A stretch of 63,473 nt of DNA, the filler included, from Chiloscyllium plagiosum (taxonomy: Eukaryota), in the NCBI RefSeq assembly GCF_004010195.1. It is 3 parts of one record of this genome, joined end to end, with 100 filler letters (N's around TTAATTAATTAA, not from the genome) between each part and the next. Parts side by side here need not be neighbours in the genome. Positions count along the whole stretch, not along the records: positions 1 to 27,685 come from NC_057712.1; positions 27,786 to 46,527 come from NC_057712.1; 1 more part is not named here. One strand, given 5' to 3'. Positions 25,226-37,264 of the stretch are shown in pieces. The position numbers and the translations under genes are program-made. The notes under the pieces were generated by a model. That model saw nothing but the letters and a program-made list of their open reading frames with translations, was not told the DNA's origin and did no database searches. The first letter of the stretch is position 1, and each line of letters starts with the position of its first letter.

Positions 25226-25375
25226 CTTAAAAATGTGTTGTTGGAAAAGCACAGCAAGTCAGGCAGCATCAAAGGAGCAGGAGAATCGACGTTTCGGGCA
25301 TAAGCCCTTCTTCAGGCTTTTCCAGCAACACATTTTTAAGCTCTGATCTCCAGCATCTGCAGTCCTCACTTTCTC
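25226..25375. mobile_element. 150-bp fold-back PLE family A element with intact hammerhead core
   Basis: Perfect 16-bp TSD ccacataaatacagtg at 25210-25225 and 25376-25391. Arms cttaaaaatgtgttg(t/c)tggaaaagc / gcttttccagcaacacatttttaag, plus a 35-nt tail. Confidence 0.92.
25288..25315 (-). ncRNA. Minimal type I hammerhead ribozyme motif (family A)
   Basis: Minus strand CTGAAGA-A-GGGC-TTAT-GCCC-GAAAC-GTC. Perfect 4-bp stem II and all core nucleotides present. Confidence 0.85.
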
Positions 25376-27729
25376 CCACATAAATACAGTGGTTACAAGT
25401 GCTATTCAGCAGCTAGGAATCTTGCAGTGGATAACTTACCTCCTGATTTCCCAAAGCCTGTCCACCATCTACAAGGCACAAATCAAGAATGTGATGGAAT
25501 ACTCCCTACCTGCCTGGACAAGTGCAGCCCCAGCAACTCTCAGGAAGCTTGACAAAATTCAGAACAAAGCAGCCCACTTGATTGGCACCACATTCACAAG
25601 CATTCCTTCCCTCCACCAGCATTGCTCAGTAGCAGCAGTGTGTACCATCTATAACATGTGCGGCAGATATTCACCAAGGGTCCTTCGACAGCACCTTCTA
25701 ACCCACACCCTCTAGCATGTAGAAGGACAAAAGCAACAGATGTACGGCAACACAACAACCTTCAATTTCCCCAGTTGCAGTTCCTTCTGTGTCATTGGGT
25801 AAAAATCCTGGAACTCTCTCCCTAACAGACAATGGGTTTAGTTCCAGGAAATAGGCTGTGGCCATTCAAGAAACTGACTAGTCCTCACCACCACTTTTCC
25901 AAGGTTAATTAGGCGTGTGTAATAAATGCTGGCTCAGCCAACATCATCTACATCACTTGAAAAAATAAATTAAGAAAGGGCATTGGGAAAAAGTTAAGAA
26001 GGAGGAGATATTGAATAGTCTGTCTGTACTTGAATTGGATAAGGCACCAAGGCTGGGTGAGATGCATCCAAGGACACTGAGGGACATGGGAATGGAAATC
26101 ATAAATGCGCTGGCCAAAATTATTCAGTCTCACTTTGACGTTAGATGATACCAGAGCACTGGGCAATTGCAAGTGTTAAGCTCCTGTTCAGTAAAGCAAA
26201 ATCTCGCATCAATAGGCCAGTTAGTTTAACCTTGCGGGTGAGTAAGCTTCCAGAAGCAGCAATCCAGGACCAAACTAATGGAGGGTATTAAAGAAAGTCA
26301 GCAGGACAGATTGATTTTAATTTGCTTTCTGGAGATTTTTGTGTGTGGTAACAGAGAGGGTGATGAGGGCGACACAGTTGATGTGTTGTACATAGATTGC
26401 CAGAAGATGTTTGATACAGTGCTACACAACAAATACCCACAAGGAAAGATATAGATTCGTACAATAACCAAGACAGTGGAGACATGGATATAGAATTGAC
26501 TGAGTTGCCAGCTGAACCTAACTTGGTCTCTGAAAGTGTGGAAAGAATTTCTATTCTAGGATGATGGATAAACATGTGGAGAATTTGTCAGGACCTGCAG
26601 ATTTCTCATTGAGTAGAAGATGAAAACAATCTCAATCTTAAAAACAAAAGCAAAATATCTGGATCCTGAAAATCTTGAAATAAAAACAGAAAGATCCAGA
26701 CAAGCTCAGGAGATCTGGCACCATCTGTGAACAGAGAAACAGCATTAACGTTTCAAGTCTGTTCTTTAGAAATCTAATCTCCAATATTAAAAATATAGGA
26801 CCCCAGTTTTAATCCTGTTCACATGAAAATCATATGGAAGATCTCAGAGGGGAGCCTTGACAACAGGTAGTTGGCAATTGTACCCAGTACAGAGCTGAAA
26901 GAGTTAAATACAGTCATTGAGTCATAGAGACGTACAGCACAGGCACAGACACAGACTGTTCGGTACAACTTGTCCATACCGACCCGATATCATAACCTAA
27001 TCTAGTCCCATTTCCCGGCACTTGACCTATATCCCTCTAAACCCTTCCTATTCATATGCCCATTCAGATGCTTCTTAAATGTTGTAATTGTACCAGCCTC
27101 CACCACTTCCTCTGGCAGCTCATTCCATACACACACCACCCTCTGTGTGAAAACGTTGCCCCTTAGGTCCCTTTTATATAGAGTCATAGAGTCAGAGAGA
27201 TGGACAGCATGGAAACAGACCCTTCAGTCCAACCTGTCCATGCCGACCAGATATCCCAACCCAATCAAGTCACACCTGCCAGCACCCGGCCCATATCCCT
27301 CCAAACCCTTCCTATTCATATTCCCATCCAAATGCCTCGTAAATGTTGCAATTGTACCAGCCTCCACCACTTTTTCTGGCAGCTCATTCCATACACGTAC
27401 CACCCTCTATGTGAAAAAGTTACCCCTTAGGTCTCTTTAATATCTTTCCCCTCTCACCCTAAACCTGTGCCCTCTAGTTCTGGACTCCCCAACACAAGGG
27501 AAAAGACTTTGCCTATTTATCCTATCCATGTCCCTCATAATTTTGTAAACCTCTATAAGGTCACCCCTCAGCCTCCGATGCTCCAGGGAAAACAGCCCCA
27601 GCCTGTTCAGCCTCTACCTTTAGCTCAAATCCTCCAACCCTGGCAACATCCTTGTAAATCTTTTCTGAACCCTTTCAAGTTTGACNNNNNNNNNNNNNNN
27701 NNNNNNNNNNNNNNNNNNNNNNNNNNNNN

Positions 27730-27741
27730 TTAATTAATTAA
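27730..27741. other. Assembly linker TTAATTAATTAA inside a 100-bp N gap
   Basis: 44 N + TTAATTAATTAA + 44 N. The 12-mer has stops in all six frames and recurs identically at 46572-46583. Confidence 0.95.
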
Positions 27742-27785
27742 NNNNNNNNNNNNNNNNNNNNNNNNNNNNNNNNNNNNNNNNNNNN

Positions 27786-27995
27786 CCCACTCCGGCCTAT
27801 CACCCTCACCTTAACCTCCTTCCACCTATCGCATTTGTAATGCCCCTCCCCCAAGTCCCTCCTCCCTACCTTTTATCTTAGCCTGCTGGACACACTTTCC
27901 TCATTCTTGAAGAAGGGCTCATGCCCGAAACGTCGATTTTCCTGCTCCTTGGATGCTGCCTGACCTGCTGCGCTTTTCCAGCAACACATTTTCAG
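27786..27995 (+). mobile_element. PLE family A pLTR end with hammerhead motif (27907-27934)
   Basis: tTGAAGA-A-GGGC-TCAT-GCCC-GAAAC-GTC (first core C changed to T). Tail-less end ...caacacattttcag abuts CR1 sequence. Confidence 0.85.
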
Positions 27996-30319
27996 ACCAG
28001 AATTACACACAATATTCCAATGATGAGGACCAGTTAAACAAACTACCTTTGAATATAAGGTGATTTCACTGAGGCATTTAAGAGAATGAAAGGAGTCAAT
28101 GGGTAGATCGAGAGAAATTATTTTCTGTGTGGAGTCTAGACAAGGACGCATAACCTTCAAATTAGATCTTACTGGTTCAGGGGAAATGCCAGGAAACAGT
28201 TCTTCACACAAAGAATAGTGGAAATCTGAGATTGTCTCTTACACAATGTTTTTTTTTGATACTGGAAGTCACTTGAAATTTTCAAAATTGACATTGATAG
28301 CTTTGGTTGAGGCCAAAATATTAATAGTTATGGGGTCAAAGTCAGTGGATCGTTAAAATTAAGATCATCCATAATCTTGAGGCTTGATGGGCTGAATGGC
28401 TTTGTCCTGTTTCTATGCTATGCTGTTCAATATAGCTTCCATAAAGGAATCTGTTTACACTACTGCCTATACAGTAACAATAAATGCTGAACATTACTAA
28501 CGTAGCCAGACATATCAAATCAGCGTGGCTTGTTGATGATGAGTCAGGTTGATTCAGATTGTTATGGACTCTCCCTTCTGGGCTAGAATGTTGTGAATTT
28601 GAACCTTTTACTACACTTTTAATATAATATGCATAATAAACACTTACAGCTTGTTCTGCTGGATGCTATTAGTGAACACATGATTGCATACTTGGTGATA
28701 TAAATAATATGGCATGTGACATGAGTAATGAACACCTTATCCACAGCCGTTGGGTCAATTATAGCTCCAGCTGAAAGTTTGTTGCATGGGAGATACCGTA
28801 CAGAACCAGGCTATTCAGCAAATCCATTCATACTGGCATTGTGTTTCATCGAACATCTCCTATCTTTTTTCATCTCACTCAACAGCAATACCCTCGATTT
28901 CCTTCTCCTCATATGTTTATCTGGCATCCCCTTTAAATGCATCTCAAACATTTATTTCAGCCACTCTGCTGGTGGCTGGTGGGGGTTTCCACATTCTCAC
29001 CACTCACTAAGTAAAGAAGTTACTTCTGAATTCCTTATTTGATTTTATTAGCTGTATGATGTTAATTTGTCGTGTCCATGGGATAGTCAGATTGGTGTAC
29101 ATTGTTTAAAACTATACTTCCCTTTTCTATTTTGAAAATGGACTTGTAAAATGGCTAGAATTTGTATGATTTACAAGTTGGTTAAAGTCTGGAAACTTCC
29201 AACAATAAAATTGCAGTAGAAAAGAGTTAGACCATCACCCTGATGGAATTCCTCACCTTTTATGATAAGGAGACATTTCAAAACAATAAGACAAAAGATG
29301 AGCAGATTTACTGCCTTAAGGTCTGGACTGATAACTATGATGTTTATCTCAAAGCTAGTGCACAATGTAACTTGAAGAGACGTGGTCATGATATCATCAC
29401 CATCCCAAAGCATGTCACCTAATAGTATAAAGGTCTCAGTTTCCACCTTACTCGGGCTATTTGCAGCATGACACACTGAGAGAAGTGCGCAATAGTTTGT
29501 GACTGAATTGTTCAACACTAGCCTAACACAGCAATGCCCACGATTGTAATACATGTAGCTGCCAGAAGCTATAATAAATTTCCATGGATTCCTTCACTAC
29601 GATGTTGCCTCCATTTAGTTTTCATGTTATAGGGGCTAACATAAGAATGATCAGATCCAATACAAATACACTGCTGAAGGTACAAAATCTGTCACTACAG
29701 CAATGGCTGATAGATTAGCAGATCACATCAAGAGCAAAGAGAATTTTTGAAATTCATTATGACTGCAGAGAAGCTAAAAGCTACTATCCATCTCTTAAAG
29801 CTTTCAATAGATTTTGAGCAGAGGATAGAAAGTCAAACATTGCCATTGATTAATCATTTGGGTTACTATCTCCTGATCTAATTCCTCTGCTTTTTGAACA
29901 GATTTAAAAACTCTTAAATCAGTACCTTTTTCACTTGAACATGCACTCCAGTCCGAATCCACCAGTCAAGAAAACAACAGACTGCAGGCTGACAGTTTGA
30001 TCTGTCTGAAAGTTGACGCATCCCTGAAATCGTTTTTCTGGAGGGATTCTTCTATTTGCCTGAAAAGTAAACTGCTTCCTAGTCTACCAGCATCGTCTTG
30101 CCATGTGGGTGGACAACTTTAGTCTTCAACCACCTGTACTCAATCTGATCTTTAATTTCTGAGTGAAATTCTCTTATTGGGCTCACATATTCACGCAATA
30201 TGAAAATTGCACTGATAGTTTTAAAATTCAGAGTTGTAAAACTTTATTGCTTCCTATATCTTGTGAATGTGTGTGAAATTGTGAATATAATTCTGGGTTT
30301 TAATGTATAAACAAACAAT

Positions 30320-30886
30320 TGTTGTGGTTCTGTTCGCCGAGCTGGAAATTTGTGTTGCTGACATTTCGTCCCCTGTCTAGGTGACATCCTCAGTGCTTGG
30401 GATCCTCCTGTGAAGCACTTCTGTGATCTTTCCCCCGGCATTTATAGTACTACAAATGCCGGAGGAAACATCACAGAAGCGCTTCACAGGAGGCTCCCAA
30501 GCACTGAGGATGTCACCTAGACAGGGGAAGAAACGTCTGCAACACAAATTCCCAGCTCGGCGAACAGAACCACAACAACGAGCACCCGAGCTACAAATCT
30601 TCTCACAAACTTTGAACACCTACGGGCGAGAGGCGCTAAGACAAGCCAGGAAATGGGAGTCCTGTGCCAACCGCCTAAGCGCCACATACGAACAACTCCG
30701 GTTCCTGCACGAATGCCGAAACCACTATAAATGCCGGAGGAAAGATCACAGAAGCGCTTCAACAAGAGGCTCCCAAGCACTGAGGATGTCACCTAGACAG
30801 GGGACAAAGCGTCTGCAACACAAATTCCCAGCTCGGCGAACAGAACCACAACAATGAGCACCCGAGCTACAAATCTTCTCACAAAC
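30320..30886 (+). mobile_element. PLE family C insertion: inverted pLTR + pLTR + ORF start + pLTR, with three hammerhead motifs
   Basis: TSD tataaacaaacaat at 30306-30319 and 30887-30900. Repeat units 30320-30448 (-), 30449-30613 (+) and 30724-30886 (+). Spacer encodes YGREALRQARKWESCANRLSATYEQLRFLHECR, resembling a PLE ORF N-terminus. Motifs at 30360-30393 (-), 30504-30537 and 30780-30813 (+). Confidence 0.9.
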
Positions 30887-32660
30887 TATAAACAAACAAT
30901 GTTTAACTTTAAGGCAAGTTGTTTCGTGTCAATTGAAAATTGACTTCACCAAAACAAGGATTTGTGAAATCACACAACAGCCTTTCCAAAAGTAAACCCA
31001 TCTATTTACAGACAAAAAGCAAGGAGCATAAAGGAGTTCAGTCTGTCTCTCTCCCCCATCTTGACCCCTTGAACTTTTCTTCCTTAGATTCTAAGAAGTG
31101 AAAAACAAAAACCCAAAATAATCTAAATGTCTCTCAAAGCCATAGTTAGGAATTCCAGGGCAGATGTTTAATGTAGAAGGTTGAAAAGGTACAAAGTGTC
31201 CTTCAGGAAGCTGGTTTCTGAGTTTTTTCCATCTCTAGAGTTTGGATACCATAATATTTGCATTTTCCAAAACATCCTTCAAAGGCCCACGCAGGTCAAA
31301 CACAACCAACATCAGCCCTTCTGAATGAAAAATAATTAACAGCGCAGAATCCTCTGCCCCTTCCCAATTAAAGATCAAGCTTCCTGTTTAATGAATTATA
31401 TGAAGGGGCCACGAGCTCTGAAAACTAGTTTGAATTTGACCACAGTTCATCTTGGATATTCTTAGCTTTTCTGCAATGGAATTATAAGGTTGGGAAGATG
31501 GAATTTGATTGAAGGCAGGTCTGGAGTTTTAAAAAGCCAGCCCAGTTATGCCAATGTGTCTGTGTATTTATAAATATTTAAACAAGATGGCCATTCGCAG
31601 CAGTGCAGTTAAACTAAAAGGTTTGTGTTCAACTTGTTTCTGAGGTATCTTTCTAAGGGCTGCAGCAGTTTCTTCATTTCAAGGCTATGAAAGAAGTATG
31701 ATAAATTTTGACTAACTGTCAGTATTAATACACATAAAACAGGTCATTCTAATTCCTGCCACTCACAGATGTGAGCCGAGAGGATATACAGTATTCAGCT
31801 GAAAAACAAACACTAGAGATGGTAAGTTCAAGCCATGCTCTTAAGAGTCTATTCACTAATGAGCTCTCATATCAATCATTAAGCTTTCACCACTTCTCCC
31901 CAATTTAAAGGAGTGCATTCAGTCCATCTCCAACCCCTCCTACCTGACCCCCATTTACTGGCCCATTTACTAAGGGGATTTTCTCCCAAACTACAATCTC
32001 TCTGCGTCCCAACCCCACTGATTGGGCCTTTTTTTATTGACAAGTCTGTCTATATTGTTCCTCTATGACATGATTCTTTTTTTTGTTGCATGGCAATCAA
32101 TTGCTGGAGTCTCCCAACCAGTGATTTCTGCTCTAAAATTCATCAAAGAAGAACATTAATGTGTCCTTTCCACCAAACACCATCTGGTCCCCAAATGTTG
32201 TCCCAAGATTTACTTCTACACGATCCTCTCTTGACTAATGGTGTTATGATTTATGACAGACCGGAGTGAAGGGAACACCAAACACACCCAGCAGTGAACT
32301 TCCAATTTCAGCCCCTGAAGCTATTTGACTAAAGCAACAAAGGATAAGGGAGGGCAACACATATCATTACACCATCAGATTTATTGGTTGTGAACTTTAA
32401 TCACTGTTTAACATTTTTTTAACTTTAAGAACTGATACAGGTCCACATGTTGAGCTGTTGTTAACATTTAATTTGTTTGAGGCATTGATGAGATGACTTT
32501 TATTGCACACACCTGGTTGCCTTAAGGACATTAATATTCTGTCCCAGTGTGAGTCTGGAGTCAACTGGAGGTCAAAACAAATGTGGAGATATGAGGAGGT
32601 GAGTGGGTTGGATGGAGGTTGGAGAGGAGGTTTGTGGTTGGCAGGAACTATCCCTGACCA

Positions 32661-32900
32661 GTTGTGGTAGGCCCTGAGTAGGGTCTCCTGGTTATCCGTG
32701 AGATGACGGTAGCAGCTCCTGGTTATAGTAGGCCCGGAGCTGGGTCTTCTGGTATCCATGAGACAGCGGCAGCCCCTCCTGGTTATGGTAGGCCCGGAGC
32801 TGGGTCTCCTGATTATTCGTGAGGTGGCGACAGCAGTTCCTGGTTATGGTAGGCCCGGACTGGGTGTTCCTGCTATCACTGAGGTGGCAGCAGTAGCAGA
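32661..32900 (+). repeat. 60-61 bp minisatellite, about 4 copies
   Basis: Recurring ctcctggttat(a/g)gtaggcccggagctgggtct at 60-61 bp spacing. Confidence 0.9.
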
Positions 32901-34056
32901 GCTGGGGTTCTTGGTTGCAGGGCGAGTGTGGGTGCAATATGTTACCCAGCATCAGCAACTCAGCAGGACGGGCCCAGCAACAAACAGATGGCGCCTGAAG
33001 AATGGCGAATCCGACATTGGTAGGTCTGGCACAGGCAACAACGCAGGTGTCACTGGTCGGTCACCTTAAGGCTCAGGACTGATGTCAGAGGAAGCAGAAC
33101 AAACTTGGACTCTCTTTCAGCTTTATTCTTTTATTCCTTTTATTCTTAATTTACTCAAAACAGCGCCAGACTGTGGAAATACTTGAAGCCATTCCCTATA
33201 TTTTATTGTAGAGTGCAAGTTCATTGTAGAGTGCAAGTGACAAGAAATCATCATTCATTCAATCATTTGGATATTCTCGATAATCCAGCAGCTGTCACTG
33301 TCATTTTATGTTTCTCAGGTCCAGGTTTATTAGACTTTGTTGCACAACTCGCTGTGAATTTGTGCTGAACTCATAACTATTGAATTCTGAATCCAACACC
33401 CACAGCAGAATCTGTTAGGGGTCCGAGTGATATGGCTATGTGAAATATATGGCAGGATTGGATGACAGTATCTTGTTCACTATCTTGACACATATATGAA
33501 TAGTTAGGGAATAGAGGGAAATAGACCGCGTAGAGGGAGAAGATCTTTACTTTAGAATGGCGTCATGTGTCAGCACAGACTTGGTAGGCCGAACAGTTCT
33601 TGAGCTGCGATGTTCTTTGTTCTTTGAGGCCTATCTCGACATTCAGATCATCTTGCTCCAGCTTTTAATCTTTTTGCAAGTGGTGTGTGATTTTCACGAG
33701 GAAGCTGTACTTGATGAGGATTAACACTCGTTTAGCACCTTGTTAATGTTACGACTTGCCTCATTAATATTCAGATGCCCACCTTATCAAACTCACCAAA
33801 CTCAAGAAAACTCAAAGATGAAACCTGAGTGTGTAGCTGGTGGATTCAGGTCACTGCTTGCTGCAAACCACCTTGCTGCTGGACACTGGACAGTAACATG
33901 ACAGGGCATGAGCCACAGGTACCACCTGCACTCACCCTTTGTCTATGGACAATGGCATCTGACATCAACCATTGCAGATGTCTAGGCAGCATGTCTTGCC
34001 TAGGGTTGTTCAGTCATTTAGGTCGGAGGTGTGGGGTGGGCTGTGGATGTCTATTG

Positions 34057-34223
34057 AGGAGAAAGTGAGGTCTGCAGATGCTGGAGATCAGAGCTGAAAA
34101 TGTGTTGCTGGAANNNNNNNNNNNNNNNNNNNNNNNNNNNNNNNNNNNNNNNNNNNNNNNNNNNNNNCTCCTGTTCCTTGGATGCTGCCTGACCTGCTGC
34201 GCTTTTCCAGCAACACATTTTCA
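34057..34223. mobile_element. Fold-back PLE family A element with N-gap in the loop
   Basis: Perfect 17-bp TSD gctgtggatgtctattg at 34040-34056 and 34224-34240. Arms as at 438-574. Confidence 0.9.
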
Positions 34224-35603
34224 GCTGTGGATGTCTATTGTAAGGGGCAACCACAAAAACTGCAGGAGAATTGAAGGTGGGTTTGGAGTGGGGAGCGACC
34301 GAACCCTGACATGTTAGTGTTTGGCACAGGGATCTGCAGACCCGGCCTGAAATGCAGTATGATTGTGAAAGAGGAGGGGCAGCAGGACTTGCACTGGTTT
34401 GGGGGGTGGGGTTGAGGCGGAGGTATGGGGGAGATGGTAAAGCACGGCTGGGAAAGGATTAATGCAGGGTGGAAGGGGAGCACTGTTGGACATCCGTGGG
34501 TTGTCAAGAGTATCCTAGACTCAAGTGGGAGCAGTGGAATACTACACCAGGCACAATCACCTCTTATGGCCAGGTCTGGATAGGGAGGGTCGGAAATATA
34601 GATTTAGTGGGAACGTGGGCAGGTGCTAAGCCCATGTGGTTAACAGGAAGGGTTAGTAGGAAGGGGATGCAAATGTTTGCAGCTCTGTCGTATGTTCAGG
34701 CTGAGATTGGAAGCCACTGACAGAGGAGCACTCTCTGTCGTCTTCCAATGTGCTGGAAATTCAGAAGTGTACCATGGGGAAGAAAATAGCTGTGAGCACA
34801 CTTGGACAAGATAGGGCTTTGTTCTGTAATGATTCTTTTATAGCTCTGCGTGTATTTTGCAGGTCCTTCAAGTAAGTAACGATAAATTATGGGAGCATTG
34901 AACACTGCAGACCAGACTTTCAGAATTGGGCTGGAGATTTTCCTCAGATCCCAGATTGGCTTTGAAGCCAGGCTCAAAAGATGGAACACTGCACTGCTGT
35001 ATAACTCAGTCATCATTACTCCAACCCAGAAATCTGCCTTCACCTGCAGAAACTCAGTATATTGTAAGTAAAACCATAGCAGAGCCTGCTTCATGTTTCA
35101 ATCAATGTTCTGCCAAGACTGTGACAGAACTCATATAATATAAACCCTGAAAGCATCAAGCTTCAGGAAGATGTAGGTTGACACTTCAAGATTGAAAAGA
35201 TCAGGATAATTCCTGGTGAACTCTAAAACGATTTAATACGTTGTTATCAAATGCCAAAAATAGGAGCTACTGAGCTCGACAAACGTAGAGATTTAATATA
35301 GGACTGCTACTCACAAAACTTTATTGCAGGTATTTGAAATATAAAAACAGAAAGTGCTGAAAATATACTGTAGGTGACTGAACAACAGCCTGCACTCATA
35401 GAACATAGAACAGTACAGCACAGTACAGACCCTTCAGCCCTAGATGTTGTGATGACCTTTTATCTGACTCTTATTCACATGGTCCTTCAGTGCAGCAATA
35501 TTTCAGAGGAACGGTATCAGACAAAAAAATGACACCAAATCAAAAATACCAAAACCCTTAGCAAGGAAGGTACTGGTAGTCTTTTACGGAGCACCTTAAA
35601 GGA

Positions 35604-35654
35604 GGAGAGAGAGAGAGAGACAGAGACAGAGGCACAGAGAGAGAGAGAGAGAGA
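35604..35654 (+). repeat. (GA)n-rich microsatellite within an L2-like 3' remnant
   Basis: gagagagaga...cagagacaga...gagagaga. Confidence 0.9.
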
Positions 35655-36074
35655 TGAGGTCATTGAGGGAGTTTATAGCCCAAAATGGCTGAAGAGACTG
35701 GGAGATGTACAAGAGTCACTACATTATAGCTGTGTGTCCTATATTTGGTTCTTACACACTACACCATCTGAAACATTTAGTCTTCCTTTGTCTTTACAGA
35801 GACAATGGACCTGCAGTTTACTTCCAACCATTTCTGTTTTTGCATCAGATCTGCATCCATCCTTATATTAAAGAGGCATAGAACGAGAATCTGACTGTGT
35901 AGAAGTTTAGCAACAGAGAGGTGAGAAAAGAAGCACCAATTTTTGAGACTGATAGACAAAACACAGTTAACCTCCCATGACTCTAATTCACAAGTGGCAC
36001 ATGCAGTGTGAGCTTATCTTTAGTGATTCAGCATTAGCTTCCAAATAAACCTGTTGGACTAGAACCTGGTGTTG

Positions 36075-37264
36075 AGATTAGAGTGGTGCTGGAAAAGCAC
36101 AGCAGGTCAGGCAGATCTGAGGAGCAGGAAAATCGACATTTTGGGCAAAAGCCCTTCATCGGGAATGAGGCAGGGAACCTCTGGGGTTGAGAGATGTATA
36201 GGAGGGGGTGGGGCTGGGGAGAAGGTAGCTCAGAGTACAATAGGTGGATGGAGGTGGGGATGAAGGTGATAGGTCAGAGAGGAGGGTGGAGCGGATAGAT
36301 GGGAAGGAAGATTGGCAAGTAGGACAAGTCATGAGGATGGTGCTGAACTGGCAGGTTGGGGGTAGGGGAAATGAGGAAACTGGTGAAGTCCACACTGATG
36401 CCCCGGGGTTGAAGTGTTCCGAGGCAGAAGATGAGGCATTCTTCCCTCCAGGCGTTGGGTGGTGAGGGAGTGGAAATGGAGGAGGCCCAGGACCAGCATG
36501 TCCTCGGCAGAGTGGGAGGAGGAGTTGAAATGTTCGGCCATGGGACGGTGGGTTTGATTGGTGCGGGTGTCCCGGAAATGTTCCCTAAAGCGCTCTGCTA
36601 GGAGGCGTCCAGTCTCCCCAATGTAGAGAAGACCGCATGGGAGCAACGGATACAATAAATGACATTGGTGGATGTGCAGGTGAAACTTTGATGGATGTGG
36701 AAGGCTCATTTGGGGCCTTGGATGGAGGTGACAGTGGAGGTGTGGGCGCAGGTTTTGCAATTTCTGTGGTGGTAGAGGAAGGTGCCAGGATGGGAGGGAG
36801 GGTTGTGGGGGATATGGACCTGACTAGGTAGTCACGGAGGAAATGGCCTTTGCGGAAGGTGGCTAGGGATGGGGAGGGAAAAACATCCCTGGTAGTGGGG
36901 TCCGTTTGTAGGTGGCAGAAATGTTGGTGGATGATGTGATCTATGCAAAGGTTGGTAGGGTGGAAGGTGAGGACTGGGGGGTTCTGTCCTTGTTGCAGTT
37001 GGAGGGGTGGGGTTTGAGGGCGGAGGTGCGGGACATGGATGAGATACGTTGGAGAGCCACATTCAACCACGTGGGAAGGGAAATTACAGTCTTTAAAGAA
37101 GGAGGCCATCTGGTGTGTTCTGTGGTGAAAGCATCTCATCCAAATCCCGCACCTCAACCCTCAAACCCCATCCCTCCAACCACAACAAGGACAGAGCCCC
37201 CATGGTCCTGAACTTCCATACTCCTAACCTCCACATAAACCGCATCATCCGCCAACATTTCTGT
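36075..37264 (-). mobile_element. Penelope-like element 3' part (linker, GIY-YIG, pLTR) with short inverted segment 37131-37264
   Basis: CGLLYIGETGRLLAERFREHFRDTRTNQTHRPMAEHFNS in ORF 36329..36760. Decayed hammerhead at 36135-36162. Confidence 0.9.

Larger units (their letters stand above)
25131..25955 (+). mobile_element. CR1/L2-group LINE RT C-terminus and 3' UTR, interrupted by a PLE miniature
   Basis: ORF 25389..25715 reads LSTIYKAQIKNVMEYSLPAWTSAAPATLRKLDKIQNKAAHLIG. Confidence 0.8.
26912..28020 (-). mobile_element. Two stacked CR1/HER1 3' ends (26912-27180 and 27181-27685, resuming at about 27996)
   Basis: Each begins with a (gagtcata)n tail and shares the same 3' UTR and ORF end (GNVFTQRVVCVWNELPEEVVEAG). 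Confidence 0.88.

Noticed and set aside
29171..29554. 127-aa minus ORF and an overlapping ~59-codon plus ORF in unique sequence
   Set aside because: No recognisable motif or convincing splice sites. The length is compatible with chance.
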